Below are positions 9,597 through 20,383 of a stretch of 64,000 nt of DNA, piece by piece. The stretch is from positions 20,878-84,877 of the forward strand of contig CAIRTM010000075.1 of the NCBI GenBank assembly GCA_903881505.1, given 5' to 3'. The position numbers and the translations under genes are program-made. Within the stretch, counting starts at the first letter, position 1. Each line of letters starts with the position of its first letter. This stretch comes from an uncultured delta proteobacterium. Lineage in GTDB: Bacteria; Desulfobacterota; WTBG01; CAIYCZ01; CAIRTM01. The notes below the pieces were generated by a model. That model did not search any database. It worked only from the letters and a program-made list of their open reading frames with translations, and was not told the origin of the DNA.

Positions 9597-10769
9597 TCAA
9601 GATTTTTTAAGCAGGGTGCCCGGAATAATCGCGCCCTCGCCGAAAGCGTCCCGAATGCGGTCAACAGCGCGGTTGAGATGCTCTGTTTTCCGGCCGCGCC
9701 CCTGCTCCTCGAAAAGAGTCAGCTGCCGCGGGGTACCGAAACAGCACAAATTGGAAATGCTTATGCCCAGCAGCCTGACCGGACGGCGGCCGGCTTCTGT
9801 TTTCGCAAGCAGACCGCAGCAGGAGCGGTAGATAGCGCCGCTGTCATCAACCGGATCGTGGAAAGTTATTGAGCGGGTGATCTGCTGGAAGTCTGAGTAC
9901 TTGACCTTCAGGCAGACCGTGCGCCCCCGGGAGCCCTCACGCCTGAGCCGCGCGCCAACCTTCACGGCAAGCGTTAGGAGCTCCTGGCGGGCTGTTTCCG
10001 CATCCCGTATGTCCTCAGCGAACGTTTCCTCACTGCCGATTGATTGTGCCTCCTGTCCGGTTTCAACCGGCCGCTCATCAACGCCGCAGGCCAGCCGGTG
10101 CAGGGCTTCGCCCTGTGATCCGAGTTTGGAAATGAGCAGGTCGATTGGAAGGCCGGCCAGGTCGCCGATGGTTTGCACACCCATCAGGTGCAGGGATCGG
10201 CAGGTAACCGGACCGGCGCCCCACAGGCGTTCAATCGGCAGCGGGGCCAGAAACTCCCGCTCGCGTCCCGGTTCAACCACGGTCAGACCGTCGGGCTTGA
10301 GATAGTCGGATGCCATCTTGGCAACTGATTTGTTTGAGGCCACCCCGGCTGAAACGCTCAATCCCAGCTCATCGCGCACGCAGCGCTTGATCTTCCCGGC
10401 CATTTCAGGCGGGGAACCGAACAGGCGCACCGATCCGGTCACATCGAGGAAGGCCTCATCGATTGACAGCGGCTCAACCAGCGGGGTGAAACGCTCAAAA
10501 ATTTCGAACACCTGACGGGAGACCTCGCTGTAGCGCCGCATGCGCGGCGCACGGTACACGCCTGCAGGGCAGCGCCGCCGGGCTTCGGCAATCGGCATGG
10601 CCGAGTGCACGCCGAAGGAGCGCGCCTCGTAGGACGCGCTTGCCACCACCCCCCGGCGGCTGGCGCCGCCCACGATGACCGCACATCCTCGAAGCGAAGG
10701 ATCATCCAGCACTTCAACAGCCGGGTAAAAGGCATCCATGTCAAGATGAATGACCGCTTTGGTCCACAT
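9597..10769 (-). CDS. dinB: DNA polymerase IV (Y-family, error-prone).
   Basis: MWTKAVIHLDMDAFYPAVEVLDDPSLRGCAVIVGG N-terminus and the ...SIDEAFLDVTG... motif. About 391 aa from ATG 10769. The ORF-track N-extension is probably non-coding. Confidence 0.85.
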   Translation of the reverse strand: MWTKAVIHLDMDAFYPAVEVLDDPSLRGCAVIVGGASRRGVVASASYEARSFGVHSAMPIAEARRRCPAGVYRAPRMRRYSEVSRQVFEIFERFTPLVEPLSIDEAFLDVTGSVRLFGSPPEMAGKIKRCVRDELGLSVSAGVASNKSVAKMASDYLKPDGLTVVEPGREREFLAPLPIERLWGAGPVTCRSLHLMGVQTIGDLAGLPIDLLISKLGSQGEALHRLACGVDERPVETGQEAQSIGSEETFAEDIRDAETARQELLTLAVKVGARLRREGSRGRTVCLKVKYSDFQQITRSITFHDPVDDSGAIYRSCCGLLAKTEAGRRPVRLLGISISNLCCFGTPRQLTLFEEQGRGRKTEHLNRAVDRIRDAFGEGAIIPGTLLKKS

Positions 10770-11005
10770 GGTAATGCCGGCGGGGGGCAGGGGCCGCAAA
10801 AAACATTTGTCCATTTCTTTGCCCACTCCAACGAAATGACTCAAAGGGGGCCCTGCACCGCAGTCCGCCTGGAGCGGATGCCCTCGCCGAGCGCACGCAC
10901 GCGCGGGCGTCTGTACGGACGAAACAATTCGCCCTCTTACCCTGGCCGGTAGTGATCCCGCCATGACGGAAAAAACGCAGCGGACAGACCTTTGTCAGCA
11001 GCCTG

Positions 11006-12691
11006 CTATACCCGCGTAAGCTGGCGGTACTTGATGCGGTGGGGCTGGTCTGCGGCGGTGCCAAGCCGGCGATGCCGGTCCTCTTCGTATTCGCTGTAAT
11101 TGCCTTCAAACCAGAAGGCCCTGCTGTCGCCCTCGAAGGCAAGAATATGCGTGGCGATGCGGTCGAGAAACCAGCGGTCGTGGCTGATCACCACCGCGCA
11201 GCCGGCGAAATTTTCAAGACCCTCCTCCAGCGCGCGCATGGTGTTCACATCAAGGTCGTTGGTCGGCTCATCCAGCAGCAGTACGTTGGCCCCCTCCTTG
11301 AGCATACGGGCCAGGTGCACCCGGTTGCGCTCGCCGCCTGAAATTGCACTTACTTTTTTCTGCTGATCAGAGCCTGAAAAATTAAACCGCGAAACATAGG
11401 CGCGCGCATTCATTTCCCGCGTTCCAAGCGTAATGTTCTCCCTGCCGTCTGAAATCATTTCAAAAATGGTTTTATCGGGGTCAAGCACATCGCGGCTCTG
11501 ATCAACGTAGGTCAGCTTGACGGTTTCACCGATACGAATGCTTCCCGCATCAGGCTGCTGCTGGCCCGTGATCATCCGGAACAGGGTTGTTTTACCCGCG
11601 CCATTTGGACCGACAACACCGACGATGCCGCCCGGCGGCAGCGCAAAGCTAAGGTTTTCAACGAGCAGGGTATCGCCAAACCCCTTTTTTACATTTTCAA
11701 ACTGTATGACGATATCGCCCAGGCGCGGACCCGGCGGAATATAGATCTCAAGATCGCGCGCCTGCTGCTGGTTCTCCTGCGACAGCAGCGACTCATAGGA
11801 ATTAACACGGGCCTTGGATTTGGCGCGCCGGCCCTTGGGCGCCATTTTGATCCATTCAAGCTCGCGCTGCAGGGTCTTCTGGCGCTCGGTAGCCTGCTTT
11901 TCCTCCTGTGCAAGGCGCTTCTGCTTCTGGTCAAGCCAGGACGAGTAATTTCCTTTCCAGGGAATGCCCTCTCCGCGGTCAAGTTCCAGGATCCAGCCGG
12001 CGACATTATCCAGAAAATAGCGGTCATGCGTTACGGCGATAACCGTGCCGGCATAGCGCTGCAGATGGTTCTCGAGCCATGCCACGGTTTCGGCGTCGAG
12101 ATGGTTGGTTGGCTCGTCCAGCAGCAAAATGTCGGGCTTTTTCAGCAGAAGGCGGCACAGGGCCACGCGCCGGCGCTCGCCGCCTGATATGACCTTCACG
12201 GGCGTATCGCCGCCCGGGCAGCGCAGCGCATCCATGGCCATCTCAAGGCGCGCGTCCAGATCCCAGGCATCCAGCGCGTCAAGGCGCTCCTGCACCGTAC
12301 CCTGGCGCGCAAGAAGCTTTTCCATGTTTTCGTCGGACATGGGCTCGCAAAACTTCTCGTTGATCGCGTTGAATTCCGCCAGCAGATCAACGGTTTCCTG
12401 CACGCCCTCCTCAACGACCTCGCGCACGGTTTTATCATTGTCAAGCAGCGGCTCCTGCTCGAGGAAACCGATTGTGTAGCCTTCCGAGAGCAGGGCCTCG
12501 CCGTTGAACTCATGGTCAATGCCGGCCATGATGCGCAAAAGCGTGCTTTTACCCGAGCCGTTCAGGCCCAGCACGCCGATCTTCGCCCCGTAAAAATAGG
12601 ACAGCGAAATGTCTTTGAGCACCTGCTTCGTGTTATGAAACTTGCTCACCCGCATCATGGAATAGATTACTTTTTTATCATCAACGCTCAT
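11006..12691 (-). CDS. ettA: ABC-F family ATPase, energy-dependent translational throttle EttA-like. Two ABC cassettes, no transmembrane domain.
   Basis: [18 protein letters not shown]...[23 protein letters not shown] plus a second cassette [17 protein letters not shown]. Start at ATG 12691 with a perfect AGGAGAAGG RBS. Confidence 0.85.
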   Translation of the reverse strand: MSVDDKKVIYSMMRVSKFHNTKQVLKDISLSYFYGAKIGVLGLNGSGKSTLLRIMAGIDHEFNGEALLSEGYTIGFLEQEPLLDNDKTVREVVEEGVQETVDLLAEFNAINEKFCEPMSDENMEKLLARQGTVQERLDALDAWDLDARLEMAMDALRCPGGDTPVKVISGGERRRVALCRLLLKKPDILLLDEPTNHLDAETVAWLENHLQRYAGTVIAVTHDRYFLDNVAGWILELDRGEGIPWKGNYSSWLDQKQKRLAQEEKQATERQKTLQRELEWIKMAPKGRRAKSKARVNSYESLLSQENQQQARDLEIYIPPGPRLGDIVIQFENVKKGFGDTLLVENLSFALPPGGIVGVVGPNGAGKTTLFRMITGQQQPDAGSIRIGETVKLTYVDQSRDVLDPDKTIFEMISDGRENITLGTREMNARAYVSRFNFSGSDQQKKVSAISGGERNRVHLARMLKEGANVLLLDEPTNDLDVNTMRALEEGLENFAGCAVVISHDRWFLDRIATHILAFEGDSRAFWFEGNYSEYEEDRHRRLGTAADQPHRIKYRQLTRV

Positions 12692-12809
12692 ACAAATGCC
12701 TTCTCCTGAATTGTTCCGATATGCCAATTTTTCCGCCCGGCGTGATAAAATCCGCAGACGGTCTTATCTGTTATAGCCTGAAACACTATATGAAACGGTA
12801 TCTGCGAAG

Positions 12810-12964
12810 CACGTGTAAAAAGGCCGCAGGCAAGGCGTGCAAATCCGAAGGAATGCGGCGTACATTTGGTACGCCGCAGTGACTGGGGAAGCAGCACAAC
12901 GCAGCCCTTCGGCGAAGCTCAGGGCCGTGAGCCTGTCGAACGGCATCCGGTCTTTTTACACGTG
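12810..12964. repeat. About 155-bp element bounded by 17/18-bp inverted repeats (CACGTGTAAAAAGGCCG ... CGGTCTTTTTACACGTG). It contains an internal 10-bp-stem hairpin (TGCGGCGTAC...GTACGCCGCA). Candidate MITE or structured RNA between cysE and ettA.
   Basis: Left arm 12810-12826, right arm 12947-12964, seen directly in the sequence. No convincing ORF inside. Confidence 0.55.
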
Positions 12965-12966
12965 CT

Positions 12967-13893
12967 TCATATGTAGTACATGTAGACGTCTGCCGGCGCA
13001 AGCTGATCCCTGCCCTTATACACCAGATTGGGCGGCTGATGCGTGATGGTCGTGTCCGGCGGGATCGATTCGAGCAGCCAGACATTACCGCCGATAATGG
13101 AATTTTTCCCTACGACCGTATCGCCGCCCAGAATAGTCGCACCCGCATAGATCACGACGTTATCCTCGATGGTGGGGTGGCGCTTGCCGCCCTTGACAAT
13201 TCGGCCGTCCTGATCCTTCTTGAAGCTCAGCGCGCCCAGGGTAACGCCCTGATAGATGCGCACGTTGTCGCCGATCTCTGATGTTTCGCCGATAACCACG
13301 CCGGTGCCGTGATCGATAAAAAAACGTTCGCCGATGTGCGCGCCGGGATGGATGTCAATGCCGGTTGCGCGGTGGGCAAACTCGGTCATGATGCGCGGGA
13401 TCAGCGGCACATCCAGATGGTAGAGCTCATGGGCGATGCGGTACACGGCGATCGCCAGCAGGCCCGGATAGCTGACGATGATTTCATCAAAGCTGCGCGC
13501 GGCCGGATCGCCTTCATAGGCGGCCTCCACGTCGCCGGTCAGCTTCTCCCGAACCGCGGGTATCGCTCCCAGAAACGCGATTGTTTTCGCGACCGCCTGC
13601 TCGGCAAGACTTTCTGCCGCATGGTCAGCGCCTTTCAGGCTCTTTGCAATTTCATGGGCCAGGCTGTGGTACATCGAAACTGTTTTTTCCCAGATATAAA
13701 GCCGGATCTCCGAGCGGCTCATTTCCTGTTTTTCAAAATAGCCGGGGAACAAAACGTTGATAATATCCTGAACGATCTCCTCCACGGCAGCGCGGCCGGG
13801 CAGGTTGGCGCCCTCGATGTGGTTGATGCCGCGGTCGGTTGCGTAGCTGTCAAGAATCTGCGTGATGATATGGGCAAGCTGCTGTGAAGGCAT
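12967..13893 (-). CDS. cysE: Serine O-acetyltransferase.
   Basis: 308 aa. C-terminal hexapeptide-repeat left-handed beta-helix region (GVVIGETSEIGDNVRIYQGVTLG...) and N-terminal SAT helical domain. Confidence 0.85.
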   Translation of the reverse strand: MPSQQLAHIITQILDSYATDRGINHIEGANLPGRAAVEEIVQDIINVLFPGYFEKQEMSRSEIRLYIWEKTVSMYHSLAHEIAKSLKGADHAAESLAEQAVAKTIAFLGAIPAVREKLTGDVEAAYEGDPAARSFDEIIVSYPGLLAIAVYRIAHELYHLDVPLIPRIMTEFAHRATGIDIHPGAHIGERFFIDHGTGVVIGETSEIGDNVRIYQGVTLGALSFKKDQDGRIVKGGKRHPTIEDNVVIYAGATILGGDTVVGKNSIIGGNVWLLESIPPDTTITHQPPNLVYKGRDQLAPADVYMYYI

Positions 13894-13899
13894 GTCCGG

Positions 13900-15084
13900 C
13901 TACCCTGCCTGCGGCGGCAGCTCGTCGCGGCCGAAAGGCGACAGTTCCCGCAGCCGCCGCTCAATGCGCAGCATGTTCTCGACGATATAGTCCACGTCTT
14001 CAGCCGTCGTGTACCGGCTCAGGCTGAAGCGCACCGAGCCGTGCACGCGGGTAAACGGCACGCCCATGGCTCGCAGCACATGCGACGGCTCAAGCGAGCC
14101 CGAGGTGCAGGCAGAGCCCGACGAGGCCGCAATGCCGGCCTCGCTGAGCAGCAGCAGGATCGATTCGCCCTCAATATATTTAAAGCTGATATTGGCCGTG
14201 TTGGGCAGCCGGCCGGCGGTATCGCCGTTCACCGAGGCGTCAATGGCGCGATCGAGCAGGCTTTTCTCAAGACGGTCGCGCAAAGCCCTAACCGTTGTAT
14301 TCTCGGCATCGATGCACTCCCGGGCCAGTTCGCACGCCCTGCCGAGGCCGACGATGCCGGGCACATTCTCCGTTCCTGCCCGCCGCCCGAGTTCCTGATG
14401 GCCGCCCAGCAGCCAGGGCGAAAAGTGCGTGCCCTTGCGCACGTACAGCACCCCGACGCCCTTGGGCGCGTGCAGTTTATGGCCCGATATCGACAGCAGG
14501 TCGATCGAAGAGCCGCCCAGATCTATCGGGATCTTGCCGGCCGCCTGCACCGCATCACAGTGAAAAACCGCTCCGGCAGCGCGCGCCATCACGGCCGCCT
14601 GCTCGACCGGAAAGAGGACGCCGGTCTCGTTGTTGGCCCACATCAGCGACACAAGCGCGGTATCATCGCTCAAGACCTCGCGCAGTTCATCCAGGTCGAG
14701 CCTTCCTTCACGGTCGACGGAGAGCTCGCTCACGCGGTAGCCGCTCTGACCCAGGTATTGAAAAACATTTTTCACGGCCGGATGCTCCACGCGGGACGTA
14801 ATGATGTGCCTTTTGTCCGGCGTGGCCGCCAGCACGCCGCGAATGGCGGCGTTATCGCTTTCCGTGCCGCAGGAGGTAAAAATAATTTCAGACGGCTGCG
14901 CTCCCAGCAGCGCCGCCACCTGGGCGCGGGCGCGGTCGATGTGCTTTTTTACCTGCCCGCCGAACTGGTGCATGCTGGAGGGGTTGCCGTAGAGCCGGGT
15001 GAAAAACGGCTGCATGCTTTCAAGCACCTCGGGCGCGGTCATGGTGGTTGCGTTGTTGTCGGCATAGACCTCGCGGATGCTCAC
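13900..15084 (-). CDS. nifS: Cysteine desulfurase, NifS-type.
   Basis: VYADNNATT N-terminus, the SGHKLHAPKGVGVLYV lysine-PLP motif, and the active-site loop SSGSACTSG. GTG start overlaps the nifU stop (GTGA). Confidence 0.9.
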   Translation of the reverse strand: MSIREVYADNNATTMTAPEVLESMQPFFTRLYGNPSSMHQFGGQVKKHIDRARAQVAALLGAQPSEIIFTSCGTESDNAAIRGVLAATPDKRHIITSRVEHPAVKNVFQYLGQSGYRVSELSVDREGRLDLDELREVLSDDTALVSLMWANNETGVLFPVEQAAVMARAAGAVFHCDAVQAAGKIPIDLGGSSIDLLSISGHKLHAPKGVGVLYVRKGTHFSPWLLGGHQELGRRAGTENVPGIVGLGRACELARECIDAENTTVRALRDRLEKSLLDRAIDASVNGDTAGRLPNTANISFKYIEGESILLLLSEAGIAASSGSACTSGSLEPSHVLRAMGVPFTRVHGSVRFSLSRYTTAEDVDYIVENMLRIERRLRELSPFGRDELPPQAG

Positions 15085-15926
15085 GGCTTTACCTCCTCAA
15101 CATAAAGAGCGGGGCTGACGAATTCCTTCAGCTTGGGCTCAATGTATTTTTTCAGCGTAAACGATGAGCTGGCGCATGACGAGCACATGCCCCGGAGCGA
15201 AACCACGACCCGATCGCCGTCAACATCGATCAGCTCGATATCGCCGCCGTCAGCCTTGAGCATGGGCCGGATTTCGTTTTCAAAGGTCTGCTCGATCAGC
15301 TTCATTTTTTGAATATTGGTCAGCTTCGCGGCCGCGGGTTGCGCAGCGGCAGGCGCGGCCTGCGGGGCGATCCGGTCAAGAATCTCCTGTATGCGGCCGT
15401 GGCACTGGCGGCAGCCGCCTCCGGCCTTGGTATAATTGGTGACATCCTCGATTTTCCTGAGAGCGTTGTCCCGGGCAACCCGCTCGATTTCTTCAGCGGT
15501 CACGCCGAAGCATTCACACACAATCTGCTTTTTGCCCGCGGCAGCCTCCTGCGCGCTCACCCCGCGATAATTCAGCACGGCCGCTTCGAGTGCTTCATGC
15601 CCCATAACCGAGCAGTGCATTTTCTCGGCAGGCAGGCCGCCGAGATAGTCGGCGATATCGCGGTTGGTTATTTTTTCCGCTTCGCTCAGCGTTTTACCGA
15701 TAATCATTTCGGTCAGCGCGGAGGCCGATGCTACCGCGCTGCCGCAGCCGAAGGTCTGGAATTTCGCATCCGTGATAACTTCATTCCCGTCAATTTTGAG
15801 CATCAGCTTCATCTGGTCCCCGCAGGCAAGGGAGCCGGCCTCGCCGACAGCGTCGGCATCGGGGATATCCCCGACATTGCGGGGATTCATGAAATGCTCT
15901 TTTACCTTGTCGGTATAATCCCACAT
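15081..15926 (-). CDS. nifU: Three-domain NifU Fe-S scaffold: IscU-like N domain, central BFD-like 2Fe-2S domain, C-terminal Nfu domain.
   Basis: The sequence contains GSLACGDQM, FGCGSAVASASALTE, CECFGVTAEE...GGGCRQCHG and a C-terminal ...GMCSSCASSSFTLK. Confidence 0.9.
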   Translation of the reverse strand: MWDYTDKVKEHFMNPRNVGDIPDADAVGEAGSLACGDQMKLMLKIDGNEVITDAKFQTFGCGSAVASASALTEMIIGKTLSEAEKITNRDIADYLGGLPAEKMHCSVMGHEALEAAVLNYRGVSAQEAAAGKKQIVCECFGVTAEEIERVARDNALRKIEDVTNYTKAGGGCRQCHGRIQEILDRIAPQAAPAAAQPAAAKLTNIQKMKLIEQTFENEIRPMLKADGGDIELIDVDGDRVVVSLRGMCSSCASSSFTLKKYIEPKLKEFVSPALYVEEVKP

Positions 15927-15965
15927 AACAAACTCCTTTACAGATTTTCCATCCGTGGAGGCATA

Positions 15966-16508
15966 TCAGGATGCCGCCGGCGCGATCCCGGCAAGCACCC
16001 GCTCATACACCGCATAATCTGCCGCGCTGAAAAGCGCGAATACCACCCGCTCAAGCGGGGACGGCTCCTGCAGGTGACGCACAGCCGCAGCCAGTGCAAT
16101 GGGTGCGGCCTTTTCAATCGGGTAGCCGTAAACTCCGGTACTTATTGAGGGAAACGCAATGCTTCTGGCGCCATGCTGGCGTGCAAGCTGCAGGCAGGCC
16201 CGGTAAGCGCCATCGAGGAGCTCCGGCTCGCCGCGCGTGCCGTCGCGGTAGACCGGCCCGACCGCATGAATGACCCAGCGTGCGCTCAGGCGGCCGGCCG
16301 TGGTAATCACGGCAGTTCCGGTCGGGCAGGACCCGATCGCGCGGCATTCGGCCATGATCTGCGGCCCTCCGGCGCGGTGAATCGCGCCGTCAACCCCGCC
16401 GCCGCCTGCCAGGCGGCTGTTGGCGGCATTGACCATCGCGTCAACCGCAAGACGCGTAATATCACCCTGATACAGCTCAACGGCTGCGTTTGCTACACTG
16501 ATTCGCAT
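15966..16508 (-). CDS. Macro-domain protein (ADP-ribose / O-acetyl-ADP-ribose processing, YmdB-like).
   Basis: MRISVANAAVELYQGDITRLAVDAMVNAANSRLAGGGGVDGAIHRAGG is the canonical macro-domain N-terminus. 180 aa from ATG 16508. Confidence 0.8.
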   Translation of the reverse strand: MRISVANAAVELYQGDITRLAVDAMVNAANSRLAGGGGVDGAIHRAGGPQIMAECRAIGSCPTGTAVITTAGRLSARWVIHAVGPVYRDGTRGEPELLDGAYRACLQLARQHGARSIAFPSISTGVYGYPIEKAAPIALAAAVRHLQEPSPLERVVFALFSAADYAVYERVLAGIAPAAS

Positions 16509-16792
16509 GCCTGCCTGCCCGGATAGAAATGATAAACGTATATAACACAAACAGGGATTGTTTGACAGCGCATATTTTTTAGGGCCGGCAGCCGCAAACG
16601 GCCGATGCGGACAGCACCGGCAAAGTCCCGGACCCTGAATACGGCTTTTTCTGGCAGTGGTTTTATGCTATAGTGCGCACTAAAAATCAGCCGATGAAAC
16701 CTGCCCGCGCACAGGCATCGGCAATGCAGACACACCACAGTCACTGCGACAGGCGCCACGCGCGTTCCTGTTCCGCGCCGGACACCGCCCCC

Positions 16793-17953
16793 ATGCGATT
16801 TTCCCTCGATGCTACTGACGGCCGCGCACGAGCCGCCACCATTGATCTGCCGCACGGCACGCTCACGACGCCCGTATTCATGCCGGTCGGAACGCAGGGT
16901 ACCGTGAAAGCCATGACGAACGCGCTGCTTGAAGACATCGGGGCGCAGATCGTCCTCGGCAATACCTACCACCTGTACCTGCGGCCCGGAGCCGATATTA
17001 TAGCCCGGGCCGGCGGCCTGCACCGCTTCAGCGCATGGCAGCGTCCCTTTCTGACCGACTCGGGCGGCTATCAGGTCTACTCGTTAGCGAAGCTGCGCAC
17101 CTTGAACGACAGCGGTGTCAGTTTTCAGTCCCACGTGGACGGCAGCATGGTCGAGTTCACGCCTGAAAAGGTCGTTGCGTTTCAGGAACTGCTCGGCGTC
17201 GACATCATGATGCAGCTTGACGAATGCCCTCCGACCACGGCCGATCGCGACCAGATCACGGCCGCGGTTCAGCGCAGCCTGCTGTGGGCCGCTCGCTCGC
17301 GCGAGGCCTGGCGGCGAGATGAGTGCGCCCTGTTCGGCATTGTGCAGGGAGGGCTGCATGCCGACCTGCGCGCCCAAAGCGCTGCCGGCCTCATCGCGCT
17401 TGATCTGCCCGGATACGCACTGGGCGGATTCTCGGTCGGCGAGGATATGCAGCAGTCCTATCCGGCCATCGCGGCAGCCGCTGCCTTGCTGCCGCCGGAC
17501 AGGCCGCGCTACCTCATGGGCATCGGGTTTCCCGAGGACATCGTGCGCGCGGCGGGATTCGGCCTTGACATGTTCGACTGCGTGCTGCCCACGAGATGCG
17601 CCCGCAACGGCCTGTGCTTTTACTCGGGAGGCCGCCTGCGCATAAAAAACGCCTGCTACCGCGACGATATGAGTCCGATAGACCCCCAGTGCACGTGTTA
17701 TGCCTGCCGCACGGTTTCACGGGCCTACCTGCGGCATCTGTTTCTTGCCAATGAAATAACCGCATGCGTATTGATGACGATCCATAACCTGCACTATTAC
17801 CTTGAGCTGTGCCGCGGCATGCGCGCCGCGATTATGGCCGGCCGGTTCCGTGAATTTCACGACGGTTTCCTTGCATCGCCTGCAGGTCGTGCCCATGGCG
17901 CGGCCGAAGCTGCCGGCGGTCCCGCATGCGCGCAGGCGCGCAGGAAGACGTAA
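16793..17953 (+). CDS. tgt: Queuine tRNA-ribosyltransferase (tRNA-guanine transglycosylase).
   Basis: MRFSLDATDGRARAATIDLPHGTLTTPVFMPVGTQGTVK, the internal ...LDECPPTT..., and the zinc site CTCYAC.R..LRHL. Start at ATG 16793. Confidence 0.9.
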   Translation: MRFSLDATDGRARAATIDLPHGTLTTPVFMPVGTQGTVKAMTNALLEDIGAQIVLGNTYHLYLRPGADIIARAGGLHRFSAWQRPFLTDSGGYQVYSLAKLRTLNDSGVSFQSHVDGSMVEFTPEKVVAFQELLGVDIMMQLDECPPTTADRDQITAAVQRSLLWAARSREAWRRDECALFGIVQGGLHADLRAQSAAGLIALDLPGYALGGFSVGEDMQQSYPAIAAAAALLPPDRPRYLMGIGFPEDIVRAAGFGLDMFDCVLPTRCARNGLCFYSGGRLRIKNACYRDDMSPIDPQCTCYACRTVSRAYLRHLFLANEITACVLMTIHNLHYYLELCRGMRAAIMAGRFREFHDGFLASPAGRAHGAAEAAGGPACAQARRKT

Positions 17954-18211
17954 TGGCGATCCTCCGCGGCAGGCAGCCGCACCGGGAATCGCCGCCCGGC
18001 TCGGGATACCGCTGGTGCTCACAGCAGGAACAGTATGTTGCAATCGGCGTGTGCAAAAAACGAGCGGATTCAAAAGCGCGCTGCCGCCGCTGCCTGAAAC
18101 ACTGGCAGCAGTGGAGCTCGCAGCTGCCGCTGCCGTTCGGCAAGGCACCCTTGACGTGAATTAATGATAGAATTTCACGGCTGTTTCCGTTATAGTGGCA
18201 CGCGAGGCACT

Positions 18212-18514
18212 ATGAAAAACGATACGACCGTACATGTGACAGCGCGGCTGCGGGCGCGGCCGGACACGCAGGCGGCGCTCAGGGATGCGGCCCGGGCCCT
18301 GACGGGCCCCACGCGCAAAGAAACCGGATGCCTGCGCTACGACCTGTATGAGCACAGCAGCCAGACCGGCTGTTTTTTATTTATTGAACAGTGGCAGACC
18401 GCGGATGACCTTGCGCGCCATCTGCAGCAGCCCCATATACAGGCGTTTATACAAAAATCGGGCGATCTGCTGGCAGAGCCTTTGCAGATCGCTCAGTGGC
18501 AGGCTCTTGACTGA
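18212..18514 (+). CDS. Antibiotic-biosynthesis-monooxygenase (ABM) domain protein, about 100 aa.
   Basis: Small ferredoxin-like fold signature (VHVTARLRARPDTQAALRDAARALTGPTRKETGCLRYDLYEH...FLFIEQWQTADDLARHL). Confidence 0.6.
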   Translation: MKNDTTVHVTARLRARPDTQAALRDAARALTGPTRKETGCLRYDLYEHSSQTGCFLFIEQWQTADDLARHLQQPHIQAFIQKSGDLLAEPLQIAQWQALD

Positions 18515-18570
18515 TTCGTGCCAGACATCAGCCGCACTGACGTACCGGAATTTTTATTGAAGGCAGCCTC

Positions 18571-19047
18571 ATGGACATTAAATATACGCAGCCCTTTGTA
18601 GACGCCACCGTGAAAGTGCTTGAAACCATGGCGTTCATAACCCCGACGCTCAGGCAGGTCGGCCCGTGGGAAAAGACCGTGGCAGCTGGCCAGGTGGTCG
18701 GTATCATCGGATTGTCCAACGAGGATGAGCGCCTGCAGGGGTTCATGTCGCTCGGCTTTACCGAGGCCTCCATATGCCGGATTGTGTCAAACATGCTGGG
18801 CGAGGAGTTTACGCATATCTGCGATGAGATCCGCGAAGCAGTCGGCGAAATTGCCAACATGATATCTGGCCAGGCGCGCCAGGGCCTGTCCGCGCGGGGC
18901 GTCAAGCTGCAGGCGGCCCTGCCGAGCGTCATCTCCGGCACCGACCTGGTGGTTGACGGCACCGAGAAAACCCCGCATGTCATGATTACATTCGACACGG
19001 AAAGCGGGCCGTTTGAAATCGGGCTGTGCATAAACGGCCTGCCCTGA
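18571..19047 (+). CDS. cheX: CheX/CheC-family chemotaxis CheY-P phosphatase.
   Basis: 158 aa. [21 protein letters not shown]...[20 protein letters not shown]...[10 protein letters not shown] matches the CheX size and pattern. Confidence 0.6.
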   Translation: MDIKYTQPFVDATVKVLETMAFITPTLRQVGPWEKTVAAGQVVGIIGLSNEDERLQGFMSLGFTEASICRIVSNMLGEEFTHICDEIREAVGEIANMISGQARQGLSARGVKLQAALPSVISGTDLVVDGTEKTPHVMITFDTESGPFEIGLCINGLP

Positions 19048-19081
19048 CAGCAAAAAGGCGCCCGTCGCCCACGGAGAATAC

Positions 19082-20314
19082 ATGCACAAGATACCCGTTC
19101 ACAACCCCGTCGTTGAACTTGACGGCGATGAAATGACCCGCATTATCTGGCACAGCATCAGGGATGACCTGATCATGCCGTTTCTGGATATCGACCTGCG
19201 CTATTTCGACCTGTCGATTCAAAACCGTGACGCAACCGATGACGGCGTGACCCTTGACGCCGCACGCGCCATAGCCGAACATCACGTCGGCGTCAAATGC
19301 GCGACCATCACCCCGGACGAAGACCGCGTACGCGAATTCAACCTGAAAAAAATGTGGAAAAGCCCCAACGGCACGATCCGCAACTTTCTCGGCGGTACCG
19401 TGTTTCGCGCGCCCATTATCTGCAAAAACATTCCGCGCCTGGTCCGGAGCTGGTCTAAGCCAATCGTGGTCGGTCGCCATGCGCATGCCGACCAGTACCG
19501 CGCCACCGATGTGCTGATTCCGGGCCCCGGCAGGCTGCAGCTGGTCTTCTGCCCGGAAGGAGGCGGCGCCCGGCAATCCTGGGATGTGGCTGAATTCAAG
19601 GGGCCCGGCGTTGCAATGGGAATGTACAACTATGATGATTCAATCCGGGATTTCGCGCGCTCCTGCATGAACTACGCCCTGCAGCTGGGCTATCCGCTGT
19701 ATTTGAGCACGAAAAACACTATTTTAAAAACCTACGACGGCCGCTTCCGCGACCTGTTTCAGGAGGTCTTCGACAACCAGTTCGCCGATGCATTTAAAAG
19801 CGCGGGCCTGACCTACGAGCACCGTCTGATCGATGACATGGTGGCGCAGGTGCTCAAGTGGGAGGGCGGCATCGTGTGGGCCTGCAAGAATTACGACGGC
19901 GACGTGCAGTCCGACACGGTCGCGCAGGGGTTCGGCTCGCTCGGGCTGATGACCTCGGTGCTGGTATGTCCTGACGGCAAAACCGTCGAGGCCGAAGCGG
20001 CCCACGGCACGGTTACGCGCCACTTCCGCCAGCATCAAAAGGGCCAGGAGACCAGCACCAACCCCGTCGCCAGCATTTTCGCCTGGACTACGGGCCTCGC
20101 GCACCGCGCCCGGCTCGACGGCAACAGCCGGCTCGGATCCTTTGCCGCGGCCCTGGAGCGCACCTGTATCGAAACCATTGAATCCGGCATCATGACCAGG
20201 GATCTGGCAGCCGCCATACACGGCACAAACGAACCCGACCGCTCAACATGGGTGACGACGCGCGGGTTTCTCGAACATATCCTCGACGGCCTGGGACGGC
20301 ACATGGCCGGATAG
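19082..20314 (+). CDS. icd: NADP-dependent isocitrate dehydrogenase, eukaryote-like homodimeric type.
   Basis: 410 aa with IDH1/2-like motifs ([31 protein letters not shown]). Confidence 0.9.
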   Translation: MHKIPVHNPVVELDGDEMTRIIWHSIRDDLIMPFLDIDLRYFDLSIQNRDATDDGVTLDAARAIAEHHVGVKCATITPDEDRVREFNLKKMWKSPNGTIRNFLGGTVFRAPIICKNIPRLVRSWSKPIVVGRHAHADQYRATDVLIPGPGRLQLVFCPEGGGARQSWDVAEFKGPGVAMGMYNYDDSIRDFARSCMNYALQLGYPLYLSTKNTILKTYDGRFRDLFQEVFDNQFADAFKSAGLTYEHRLIDDMVAQVLKWEGGIVWACKNYDGDVQSDTVAQGFGSLGLMTSVLVCPDGKTVEAEAAHGTVTRHFRQHQKGQETSTNPVASIFAWTTGLAHRARLDGNSRLGSFAAALERTCIETIESGIMTRDLAAAIHGTNEPDRSTWVTTRGFLEHILDGLGRHMAG

Positions 20315-20383
20315 CAGCCGCGCAGTAACCGGTGCTGTTGCGCGCGTCAATAAGTATATACAACCCGGCAGCCCGGCGCCCGC

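Noticed and set aside
10770-11005. Possible LexA/SOS box upstream of dinB (CTGT-N8-AACA at about 10905).
   Set aside because: One mismatch to the E. coli-type CTGT-N8-ACAG, and deltaproteobacterial LexA motifs differ. No palindromic partner of adequate quality.
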